Shown here piece by piece: positions 54,858 to 63,168 of a stretch of 64,000 bases of DNA. Position 1 is the stretch's first letter; the number at the start of each line of letters is the position of its first letter. The DNA lies in the NCBI GenBank assembly GCA_016302315.1, contig JAEDNW010000001.1, positions 3,332 to 67,331 on the forward strand, in the 5' to 3' direction. The notes under the pieces are model-generated. The model was given only the letters and a program-made list of their open reading frames with translations. It was not told the DNA's origin and ran no database searches. A program made the translations under genes and the position numbers. The DNA comes from Lentisphaeria bacterium (lineage in GTDB: Bacteria; Verrucomicrobiota; Lentisphaeria; Oligosphaerales; Oligosphaeraceae).

Positions 54858-56813
54858 ATGAGAAAAGAAATCAGTTATCGTCCCCGGAACCTGGCATTTG
54901 CCGTGGCATGCAGCGGCATCCTTTTTCTGGTGGTGGGTCTCTTCCTGGCGCAGTCCGGCCATGCCAAGGCCATGACGCCCGCCTGCATCTCCGCCGTGGT
55001 GACCGCCTTCATGGGCCTGCTGGCCGCCGGACGGGTGATCTTTGAACGGCGGCAGCGCCAGGAGGAACGGGATGCGGCGGAATATCACCGCCAGCACGGC
55101 TCCACCGAATTGTTCGGGGACGCCGACGAGGCTGTGCGCCTGGCCACCCGGGCCAACCAGCAGTTCACCAAGTATTTCATCCCCGTGGCCACCATCGTCA
55201 TCGGCGTCTCCCTGGGCCTGGTGGTGCTGAACCGCTGGATCTCCCTCCGCTATCTGGATTACCAGTATACCGTCCAGAACCCCCTCTCCCTGGCCATCCT
55301 GGCCTTCTGCTGCTGCATCGCCACCCTGGTGGCCGGCAGCTTCTTCATCGGTGTCTCCCGGGAATCCGGCTGCCGCTGGATCCGCCCCGGCGCCGCCTGG
55401 CTCCTGCTGACGGGATTCCTCTTCCTCCTGGGCAGCTTCATCTACTTCTGCCGCCACTTCCAGCGCTTCCAGGAAAGCATGGACCGCTCCCTCTCCAAGG
55501 CCGGCCTCATCGTTCTGGCCGTGCTGGCGGCGGAGATGGTCCTCTCCTTCGTCATCGAATTCTACCGTCCCCGGATGCCCAACGAGGAGGAGCGCCCTCT
55601 GCCGGAAAGCCGCCTTCTCTCCCTCTTCACCGAGCCGGGAAGCATGGCCCGCAATGTGGCCAATTCCCTGGACTACCAGTTCGGATTCCGGGTCTCCGAC
55701 GCCTGGTTCTACCACTTCCTGGAACGCACCATCGTCCCCCTCTTCATGATCATGGTCCTGGCCTTCTGGCTGATGACCTGCATCGTGGTGGTGGACTCCT
55801 CCGAAACCGCCCTCCGGGAACGCTTCGGCAGAGTCATCGACGCCGAACCCGTGGGCCCCGGCGTCTACTTCAAGTTCCCCTACCCCTTCGAGCATTTCTA
55901 CCGCTTCTCCTCCGACAAGGTCCAGGAACTCACCATCGGCGGCCATGACGAGGAGGAAGAACCCCATGCCCCCGCTCCCAAGGACGACGGCCACGGCCAT
56001 GGCCACGGCCAGGAGGAGGAGCGGAATGACGCCGTCATTCTCTGGAATGTCAAGGAAGACCATGCCGACGAAGGCCACTTCCTGGTGGGCGCCAAGAACG
56101 TGGAGCGCCTGGAACTCTCCATCCAGGCCACCGGCCAGCAGATGGGACAGCAGGGCGTGGGCCTCTTCAGCGCCCATATCCCCCTCTTCTTCCGGGTGAA
56201 GGATCTCTACGACTACGCCTACAAGAACCGGAATGCGTCGGATATCCTGAAGAATCTGGCCCAGCGCGAACTGCTCCAGTACTTCATCCAGTGCGACTGG
56301 GCCGATCTTCTGGGCCCCGGACGGGGCGAGGCCATGGTGGTGCTGAAGGACAGGATCCAGGCCGCCGCCGATGAGCTGGAACTGGGAGTAGAGGTGGTCT
56401 TTGTGGCCCTCACGGGCATCCATCCCCCCTTCGGCGTGGGAGAATCCTTCGACCGCATCACCAGCGCCACCGTGGACCGGAAAAAGATGGTCCAGGACGC
56501 CCGCACCGTGGCCAACAGCAACCTGATCATCTCCCAGTCCATCCAGCGCCAGATCCTCAACGAGGCCAGCGCCTACAAGGAAACCCAGGTGGTCTCCGCC
56601 CGGGCCGACGCCCAGCGCTATGCAGGACAGCTCCTCTGCTACCGCGCCGCCCCACGCCAGTATATGCTCAACAGCTACTATGATGTCTTCCTCTCCGAGG
56701 GAGACGCCGTCCGAAAGTTTGTCATCACGGGCAACGCCGCCGACCAGGTCCTCTGGCTGAATCTGGACCGCAAGGTGAAAAACGGCCTCCTGGATCTGAA
56801 CCTCTCCGAATAG
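54858..56813 (+). CDS. polytopic membrane protein fused to an SPFH/band-7 domain
   Basis: 651 aa with about 7 N-terminal TM helices. The SPFH core follows (ETALRERFGRVID...GPGVYFKFPYPFE...), interrupted by an acidic His-Gly-rich insert. The tail is HflK/C-like (SARADAQRYAGQL). Confidence 0.65.
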   Translation: MRKEISYRPRNLAFAVACSGILFLVVGLFLAQSGHAKAMTPACISAVVTAFMGLLAAGRVIFERRQRQEERDAAEYHRQHGSTELFGDADEAVRLATRANQQFTKYFIPVATIVIGVSLGLVVLNRWISLRYLDYQYTVQNPLSLAILAFCCCIATLVAGSFFIGVSRESGCRWIRPGAAWLLLTGFLFLLGSFIYFCRHFQRFQESMDRSLSKAGLIVLAVLAAEMVLSFVIEFYRPRMPNEEERPLPESRLLSLFTEPGSMARNVANSLDYQFGFRVSDAWFYHFLERTIVPLFMIMVLAFWLMTCIVVVDSSETALRERFGRVIDAEPVGPGVYFKFPYPFEHFYRFSSDKVQELTIGGHDEEEEPHAPAPKDDGHGHGHGQEEERNDAVILWNVKEDHADEGHFLVGAKNVERLELSIQATGQQMGQQGVGLFSAHIPLFFRVKDLYDYAYKNRNASDILKNLAQRELLQYFIQCDWADLLGPGRGEAMVVLKDRIQAAADELELGVEVVFVALTGIHPPFGVGESFDRITSATVDRKKMVQDARTVANSNLIISQSIQRQILNEASAYKETQVVSARADAQRYAGQLLCYRAAPRQYMLNSYYDVFLSEGDAVRKFVITGNAADQVLWLNLDRKVKNGLLDLNLSE

Positions 56814-56874
56814 GCCGCCCCACGCCCGCCCACCCCCTTCTCATTCACGCCCACCCCTCTCCCCTGATACGACA

Positions 56875-57810
56875 ATGAAAGACGACACGCAGAAGAAGAC
56901 GATGACGAAACACTGGCCAGTGGTGCTCCTGGCCCTGCTGGTGGTAGCCATCTTCCTGGTGGTTATGGTCACCTTCCAGGTGAAGGAAACCGAATACGCC
57001 CTCCTGAAGACCTACTCCGGAGAACTGGTGGAATACGGAAGCGGACTCCATTTCCGCTGGCCCTTCGTCAACTCCATCTGGCGCCACGACAAGCGCATCC
57101 AGTGCTATGAACTGGCCGTGGGCCATGACGAACAGTACATGACCAGCGACAACCAGCAGATCGTCATCTCCACCTACGTCCTCTGGAAGGTGGGTGACCC
57201 CAAGACCTTCCTCCGCTCCCTGGATTCCACCGAGGCCGCCGAGCGGAAGCTCTCCGACGAGGTCCGGGGCGCCCGCTCCGCCGTCATCTCCCGCTACGCA
57301 TTCTCCGACATGGTCAGCGAAAAGGACGGCACCAGCCTCCTCTCCCGCATTGAGGACGAGATGCGCCTGGCCATCCACGACAGCGTGCTGAAGCAGTTCG
57401 GCATTGACATCGTCCGCATCGGCTTCCGCCAGCTGGGCTTCCCCGCCGCCGTCACCCAGAACATCTTCGCCGCCATGGTCTCCGAGCGGGAGGCCAAGGC
57501 CAAGCGCTTCGAGGTGGAGGGTCAGGCGGAGGCGGAGCGCATCCGCAGCGACGCCAACACCGAAGCCCAGAAGATGCTGGCCAAGGCCCAGGCCGAGGCC
57601 ACCAAAATCCGCGGCGAAGGCGATGCCCAGGCCGCCGAGGCCTACCGGGTCTTCTCCCAGAACCCCGAATTGGCCAGCTTCCTGCGGAATCTGGATGCCC
57701 TGAAGGGAGCCCTGGGCGAAAAGGACACCCTTATCCTGGACACCACCACCGCACCCTTCAACCTGCTGACCCCCCAGGCCCTGGATACCCTCCAGAACAA
57801 TCAGCAGTAG
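56875..57810 (+). CDS. HflC-like SPFH-domain protein
   Basis: 311 aa with one N-terminal TM helix. It has GLHFRWPFVNSI and the coiled-coil signature REAKAKRFEVEGQAEAERIR..A..EAQK..A.A.AEA.KIRGEGDA.AA..Y. Confidence 0.75.
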   Translation: MKDDTQKKTMTKHWPVVLLALLVVAIFLVVMVTFQVKETEYALLKTYSGELVEYGSGLHFRWPFVNSIWRHDKRIQCYELAVGHDEQYMTSDNQQIVISTYVLWKVGDPKTFLRSLDSTEAAERKLSDEVRGARSAVISRYAFSDMVSEKDGTSLLSRIEDEMRLAIHDSVLKQFGIDIVRIGFRQLGFPAAVTQNIFAAMVSEREAKAKRFEVEGQAEAERIRSDANTEAQKMLAKAQAEATKIRGEGDAQAAEAYRVFSQNPELASFLRNLDALKGALGEKDTLILDTTTAPFNLLTPQALDTLQNNQQ

Positions 57811-57832
57811 CCCGGCGGGAGGAAACATCACC

Positions 57833-59086
57833 ATGGAATCCCACCCCCAGACCCCTCTCCCCGAGACCCCACAGGCCACGGGAATGGCAAGCCTGACCAG
57901 GATGCTCCGCATCCTCTTCTTCTGCTTCCTGACCCTCATCGCCGGCGTCTTCATCTACTACTTCATCTTCAGCGGAATCTTTCGGGTGGAGGAACAGTAC
58001 GAAGCCATGCAGCTGCGCTTCGGTGTCCTCCAGAAGCACACCACCGACACCGGCGATTCCCCCATCCTCCAAAGCGGGAAATGGTACTGGTCCTATCCCT
58101 ATCCGGTGGACGAAGTGATCCTGGTGCCCGCCAACAAATCCATCTCCGTCTCCACGGAAAACACCTTCAAGGCCTGGGTCAACCCCAGCGGCAACATGAC
58201 CGGGGCCAGCGGCAGAGAGCTGCGCAACGGAGTGGACGGATATCTGGTCTCCGGAGACATGCACATCTTCCATGCGGAATGGGTGGTCTCCTACCGGGTG
58301 GAGGATCCTGCCAGCTACTACCTGAACTTCTACGACGACACCAATACCACCGCCGCCTTCTATCTGCCCTCCTCCGAACAGGTCAAGACCCAGGACAGAC
58401 TCCGGGGACATGAGCTGATGATCCGGAATATGCTGGCGGATGCCGTGCTCTCCGAAACCGCCAACTGGACCACGGAGGACCTGATCCGCACCAGCCGCCT
58501 GATTCCCGACGACAAGGGCGGAGAGGTCACCGTGCGCCTGGAGGACCGGATCCGGGGCCGTCTGGCCAAGATTGTGGAGGAGGTGGGTCTGGGCATCCAA
58601 CTGCAGACGGTGACCCTGGTGGGCATCTACCAGCCCCCCGCCGCCGCCCTCCAGGCCTTCAACCAGGTCAATGCCAGCGAGCGCAACCGCCAGACCCTGG
58701 TGCAGAACGCCACGACCTACGCCAACCAGGTGGTGGCCCAGGCCAACGCCGCCTGCGACCGCCTGATCAACGAGGCCAAGGCCTACCAGGAAACCGTGGT
58801 GGGCGAACTCCAGGCCCAGGCCCAGTATTTCTCCTCCATCCAGGCGGAGTACGCCAAAAATCCCCGCTCCACCATCACTGTCCTGTATGCCAATGCCATC
58901 CGGGATATGCTCCGGGGTGTGCCCAATAAGTACATCCTCCACCAGACCCCAGAAGGCACCACGCAGCAGCTCCGCCTCCAGATCTCCCAGATCCCCGAAG
59001 AACGGCAGCAGGCCACCACCACGGGACAGGAGGCCTCCTACGCCCCCGCCTCCGCCCAGCCTACGGGAGACGCTCCCAGGGAATAA
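57833..59086 (+). CDS. HflK-like SPFH-domain protein
   Basis: 417 aa with one TM helix (LRILFFCFLTLIAGVFIYYFIF). An SPFH core is followed by AF..V.ASE......V..A..YAN.VV..A... Confidence 0.7.
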   Translation: MESHPQTPLPETPQATGMASLTRMLRILFFCFLTLIAGVFIYYFIFSGIFRVEEQYEAMQLRFGVLQKHTTDTGDSPILQSGKWYWSYPYPVDEVILVPANKSISVSTENTFKAWVNPSGNMTGASGRELRNGVDGYLVSGDMHIFHAEWVVSYRVEDPASYYLNFYDDTNTTAAFYLPSSEQVKTQDRLRGHELMIRNMLADAVLSETANWTTEDLIRTSRLIPDDKGGEVTVRLEDRIRGRLAKIVEEVGLGIQLQTVTLVGIYQPPAAALQAFNQVNASERNRQTLVQNATTYANQVVAQANAACDRLINEAKAYQETVVGELQAQAQYFSSIQAEYAKNPRSTITVLYANAIRDMLRGVPNKYILHQTPEGTTQQLRLQISQIPEERQQATTTGQEASYAPASAQPTGDAPRE

Positions 59087-59125
59087 CGCCCACGCCCACG
59101 CCTTTCCACAGCCGCCATCCCCAGG

Positions 59126-61135
59126 ATGACGACGGATGACCTCCCCAACTTCCTTCCGGTTCCCATGGCAGATCCTACCCCCTCCACCCCAAAAGCCCAC
59201 TCCCCCACCACCGCCGTCACCCGGGTCACCCGATCCGACATGGGACGGCTGGGCGCTGCCCTCTTCGGCGGAATCCTTGTCCTGGACTCCTATCTGGCGG
59301 GACTCCTCTTCGCCAATAGCATCGACCAGTTCACCATGGATCTCTTCGCCCTGGTGGGCGCCATCATCCTCTCCATCCCCATCTACTGGGAGGCGGGACG
59401 CGACCTCTTCCGGGGAGTGGTGGGCATGAACGAGCTGGTGGCCCTGGCCCTTCTGGGCGCCTTCGCCTCCGGCCCCAGCAACTACCGCACCGCCGGCGCC
59501 GTGGCCTTCTTCATGCTGATCTCCATCACCATCGAGAAGCGCACCGCCATCGGCGCGGAGGCCGCCATTGAGGCCGTGGTCCGCATGACCCCCAGAACCG
59601 CCCGACGCATCCGGAAGGACGGCTCCGAGGAACAGTGCGACGCCATCCACGACCTGAATGTGGGCGATACCTGCCGTGTCCGCCCCGGCGAAAACTTCCC
59701 GGCGGACGGCAAGATCATCCAGGGTGTCTCCACGGTGAACCAGGCCTCCATCACCGGCGAAAGTCTCCCCACCGACAAGGGAGTGGGCGATGAAGTCTAC
59801 GCCGGAACCCTGAATCTCACCGGTCTGGTGGATTTCCAGGTGACCCGGAAGGGCACCGACACCACCCTGGGCAAGGTCCGGAACCTCATCGCGGACGCCG
59901 AGCAGTCCAAGATGCCCATCCAGCGGATGATTGACCAATACATCGGCTACTACACTCCCGTGGTGCTGATGATTGCCGGCCTCACCTGGTTTGTCACCAA
60001 TGACATGAGCCGGGTCATCGCCGTGCTGGTCATGGCGGTGCCCGCCGCCCTGGTGCTGGCCCACCCCTCCGCGGTCATCGCCGCCATCTCCGCAGCCTCC
60101 CGCCTGGGCATCCTCATCAAGGATGTCTCCCAGATCGAACTGGTGGCCAAGATCAAGGCGGTCATCTTCGATAAGACCGGTACCCTCACCGAGGGAAATC
60201 TGGAAGTCTCCCGGCTGGAACCCGTCAGCGACGGCGACCTGGCCCAGCTGGTTCAGGTGGCCGTCTCCGTGGAACACCACTCCAACCACCCCACCGCCGT
60301 GGCCATTAAGAAGCTGGCCGCCAAAGTGGGCATCGATGTGGTGATTCCCGAAAAATACGAGGAAATCCCCGGCAAGGGGGTCTCCGCCATCGTGGACGGC
60401 AAGTCCTGCCTGGTGGGACGCGCCACCTGGCTGGCCGAACAGGGTGTGGATGTCTCCTCCCTGGAAGAAAGCCGCCAGCGGGTGGAAAAGGAAGGCATGT
60501 CCATCGTCACCGTGGCCTGTGACGGAAAGCCCCTGGGCTGGATCGGACTCCAGGATGCCATCCGCTCCGTCACGGAGGAGGCAGTGGCCAACCTGAAGGA
60601 AATGGGCGTGGAGCACTGCTGCATGGTCACCGGTGACAATCAGCAGGTGGCCGATGTGGTGGCCCGGAAGGTGGGCATCACCGAAGTCTACGCCGGATGC
60701 CTCCCCGAGGAAAAGGCCAAGGTGGTCTCCCAGCTGAAGCAGGCGGGCAACATCGTGGCCGTGGTGGGTGACGGTGTCAACGATGCCCCGGCTCTGGCCG
60801 CCGGCGACATCGGTATGGCCATGGGCGCCTTCGGCAGCGACATCGCCGTCCAGTCCGCCTCTGTGGCCCTGATGAACAACGATCTGCGCCGCATCCCCTT
60901 CTTCATCGGACTGGCCCGGCAGACCCGGATGCTCATGAACCAGAATCTGGCGGTGGGGCTCACCTTCATCACCGTGGGCGTCTACTTCGCCATCGCCGGC
61001 GATCTGGGCCCCATCGGGGCGGCCTTGATCCACACCGTCTCCAGCCTCCTGGTCATCTTCAACAGCGCGCGTCTCGTGCGCTCCGGCGAAAGCCTGGAGG
61101 CCACCCCCGCCCAGGAGAAGGAGTCCCGCGCCTAA
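59126..61135 (+). CDS. P1B-like P-type ATPase lacking an N-terminal metal-binding domain and the CPx motif
   Basis: TGES (ITGESLP), DKTGT (60170-60184), an HP-type N-domain motif (SNHPTAVAI), GDGVNDAPALA and VTGDN are all present. At the position of the TM CPC motif the sequence is AVPAALVLAHP (V-P-A at 60038-60046). Confidence 0.8.
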   Translation: MTTDDLPNFLPVPMADPTPSTPKAHSPTTAVTRVTRSDMGRLGAALFGGILVLDSYLAGLLFANSIDQFTMDLFALVGAIILSIPIYWEAGRDLFRGVVGMNELVALALLGAFASGPSNYRTAGAVAFFMLISITIEKRTAIGAEAAIEAVVRMTPRTARRIRKDGSEEQCDAIHDLNVGDTCRVRPGENFPADGKIIQGVSTVNQASITGESLPTDKGVGDEVYAGTLNLTGLVDFQVTRKGTDTTLGKVRNLIADAEQSKMPIQRMIDQYIGYYTPVVLMIAGLTWFVTNDMSRVIAVLVMAVPAALVLAHPSAVIAAISAASRLGILIKDVSQIELVAKIKAVIFDKTGTLTEGNLEVSRLEPVSDGDLAQLVQVAVSVEHHSNHPTAVAIKKLAAKVGIDVVIPEKYEEIPGKGVSAIVDGKSCLVGRATWLAEQGVDVSSLEESRQRVEKEGMSIVTVACDGKPLGWIGLQDAIRSVTEEAVANLKEMGVEHCCMVTGDNQQVADVVARKVGITEVYAGCLPEEKAKVVSQLKQAGNIVAVVGDGVNDAPALAAGDIGMAMGAFGSDIAVQSASVALMNNDLRRIPFFIGLARQTRMLMNQNLAVGLTFITVGVYFAIAGDLGPIGAALIHTVSSLLVIFNSARLVRSGESLEATPAQEKESRA

Positions 61136-61186
61136 TCCCCTTTCCCTACCCGAGAACATCCCCCGCAAGAGAACCCATTTCCCACT

Positions 61187-62401
61187 ATGGCAGACGTGAA
61201 TCATAAGGAAGAACTGGTGGTGGAGGCCGTCGGCCTGACCAAAATCTTCAAGGATTTCTGGAATCGCCCCAAGGCCCGGGCCGTCAATGGCCTGGATCTC
61301 CAGATCCGAAAAGGCGAGGTCTTTGGCCTCCTGGGGCCCAACGGCTCCGGAAAATCCACCACCATCAAAATGATTCTGGGACTCCTCTACCCCACCCGGG
61401 GAGAACTGAAGGTCTTCGGACAGGATCCCCAGAATGTCTCCATGAAGAGCCGCATCGGCTATCTGCCCGAGGAAACCTACCTCTATAAGTACCTCACCGC
61501 CTTCGAAACCCTGGACTTCTACGGCGCCCTCTTCGGCCTGGAAGCCGACCAGCGCCGGGAACGAGCCAGCCAGCTCCTGGAAATGGTGGGCCTGGCCCAC
61601 GCCGTGGACCGCCCCGTGGGCGAATTCTCCAAGGGTATGGCCCGGCGCATCGGTCTGGCCCAGGCTCTGGTCAATGACCCCGACCTGGTGATCCTGGACG
61701 AGCCCACCAGCGGACTGGATCCCATCGGATGCCGGGAGGTGAAGGATGTGATCCGCCTGCTGGCCAGCCGCGGCAAAACCGTGATCCTCTGCAGCCACCT
61801 CCTGGCCGACGTCCAGGATGTGTGCCAGCGGGTGGTGGTGCTCTACGGCGGACAGATCCGCGCCCAGGGGCTTCTGGAGGATATCCTGCGCCAGGAAGAC
61901 AAGACCCAGATCATCACCCCCAGGCTCTCCCAGGAGACCCTCAAGGAACTCCAGGCCTTCCTGAAGGCCCACGGCGTGGAGGATCCCTCCCGCATCCAGG
62001 TGGACAATCCCGGACTGGATCTGGAAAGCTACTTCCTGGATGTGGTCCGCAAGGCGACGGAGCAGAAACTCTCCACCGCCGGTGCCCACGCTCCCGGCGC
62101 CATGCCCGAATATCTCCGCAAGGACGCCCCCGAAGCCACCGGACAGGAGATCCTCCGGGCTCTCCAGGGACGGGAGGAAGAGGAGAAGCGTCGGGCGGAG
62201 GCTGCCCAGGCCGAGGCCCAGCTCCGGGCCGCCACCCAGGCCAAGGAAGCGCAGAAGCGCCAGAAGCTGGAGGAATTGACCGCCCAGGAGCAGCCCAGCG
62301 AAGACGAAAAGGCCCAGGCCGAAGCCCAGGCCAAGGCCGAAGCCGACGCCCAGGCCCGGGAAGAGCTCAACAAGAAACTCGCCGGACTCAAGCTGAAGTA
62401 G
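61187..62401 (+). CDS. ABC-2-type ATP-binding protein with a charged coiled-coil C-terminal tail and no adjacent permease
   Basis: Walker A is GPNGSGKST, the signature is FSKGMARR, and Walker B is LVILDEPTSGLD. The last 100 aa or so are E/A/Q/K-rich (EEEKRRAEAAQAEAQLRAATQAKEAQKRQKLEEL...AEAQAKAEADAQAREELNKKL). Confidence 0.8.
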   Translation: MADVNHKEELVVEAVGLTKIFKDFWNRPKARAVNGLDLQIRKGEVFGLLGPNGSGKSTTIKMILGLLYPTRGELKVFGQDPQNVSMKSRIGYLPEETYLYKYLTAFETLDFYGALFGLEADQRRERASQLLEMVGLAHAVDRPVGEFSKGMARRIGLAQALVNDPDLVILDEPTSGLDPIGCREVKDVIRLLASRGKTVILCSHLLADVQDVCQRVVVLYGGQIRAQGLLEDILRQEDKTQIITPRLSQETLKELQAFLKAHGVEDPSRIQVDNPGLDLESYFLDVVRKATEQKLSTAGAHAPGAMPEYLRKDAPEATGQEILRALQGREEEEKRRAEAAQAEAQLRAATQAKEAQKRQKLEELTAQEQPSEDEKAQAEAQAKAEADAQAREELNKKLAGLKLK

Positions 62402-62470
62402 GGTTCCTCGGCGCCTCGCCCGCCACGTCACGTTACGTCACGCCAGGCGCCTTCCCTCCCTCCTCCTCCC

Positions 62471-63136
62471 ATGGGCATGAAGAACGACGAGCGCCTCCAG
62501 GCATTGCTGGAGGCTTCCCAGGCCAGGGAAAGAGGGGAGCGGACCTCGGCCAGGACCGGCCCCTGGGAGGTGCGGGAGGTTTCCCGAAAGTCTGCCCTGC
62601 CTTCTGTGGTGGACGCCTCCGGGGTTCAGGGCAAAGTGCGGGTCTTGGGCATGGACACCGCCCTGCGAAAGACGGGCTGGGGCATCGTGGACGTGGTGGG
62701 GAAGAAATGGATTGCGGTGGACTGCGGGGTGATCATCAATCCCCCCTCCGCCTCCATCACGGACTGCATGCGCCATCTCAACAACGCCATCAAGGGACTG
62801 ATTGAGCGCTACTCTCCCGATGCGGCCGCCATTGAAGGCGGCTTTTATTGCAAGAACGCCCGCACCGCCATCCTGCTGGGCACCTCCCGGGGGGCGGTGC
62901 TGGGAGTGTTGGCGGAGGCTCAGCTGCCGGTATACGAATACGCTCCCCGCCGGGTGAAGCAGGTGGTGGCGGGGCGAGGGGATTCCACCAAAGAGCAGGT
63001 GGCCCTCATGGTCTCCCGCCTGCTTCGCATCCGGGTGGAGAATCTGGCCAACGACTCCACCGATGCCCTGGCTCTGGCCATCTGCCATGCGGCCGCCCTG
63101 ATGAATCCCGCTGTGGAACTGGAAAAGCCTCTCTGA
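62471..63136 (+). CDS. ruvC: crossover junction endodeoxyribonuclease RuvC
   Basis: The core VLGMDTALRKTGWGIV...AAIEGGF..KNA..A..LG..RG....A.A...LPVYEYAPR.VKQ.V.G.G...KEQV..MV..LL........DSTDALALAICHA is collinear with E. coli RuvC. The ATG at 62471 adds a 55-aa extension; a GTG at 62636 would give a canonical protein of about 166 aa. Confidence 0.85.
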   Translation: MGMKNDERLQALLEASQARERGERTSARTGPWEVREVSRKSALPSVVDASGVQGKVRVLGMDTALRKTGWGIVDVVGKKWIAVDCGVIINPPSASITDCMRHLNNAIKGLIERYSPDAAAIEGGFYCKNARTAILLGTSRGAVLGVLAEAQLPVYEYAPRRVKQVVAGRGDSTKEQVALMVSRLLRIRVENLANDSTDALALAICHAAALMNPAVELEKPL

Positions 63137-63168
63137 CCCTCCCACACTCTCCCCCCTCCCCTTCTCCC

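Noticed and set aside
57758-62431. 1557-aa minus-strand ORF opposite the HflK-like, P-type ATPase and ABC genes
   Set aside because: The plus-strand products carry unambiguous catalytic motifs (DKTGT, GDGVNDAP, Walker A/B). The minus-strand translation is low-complexity G/L/H/V-rich. It is an antisense artefact.
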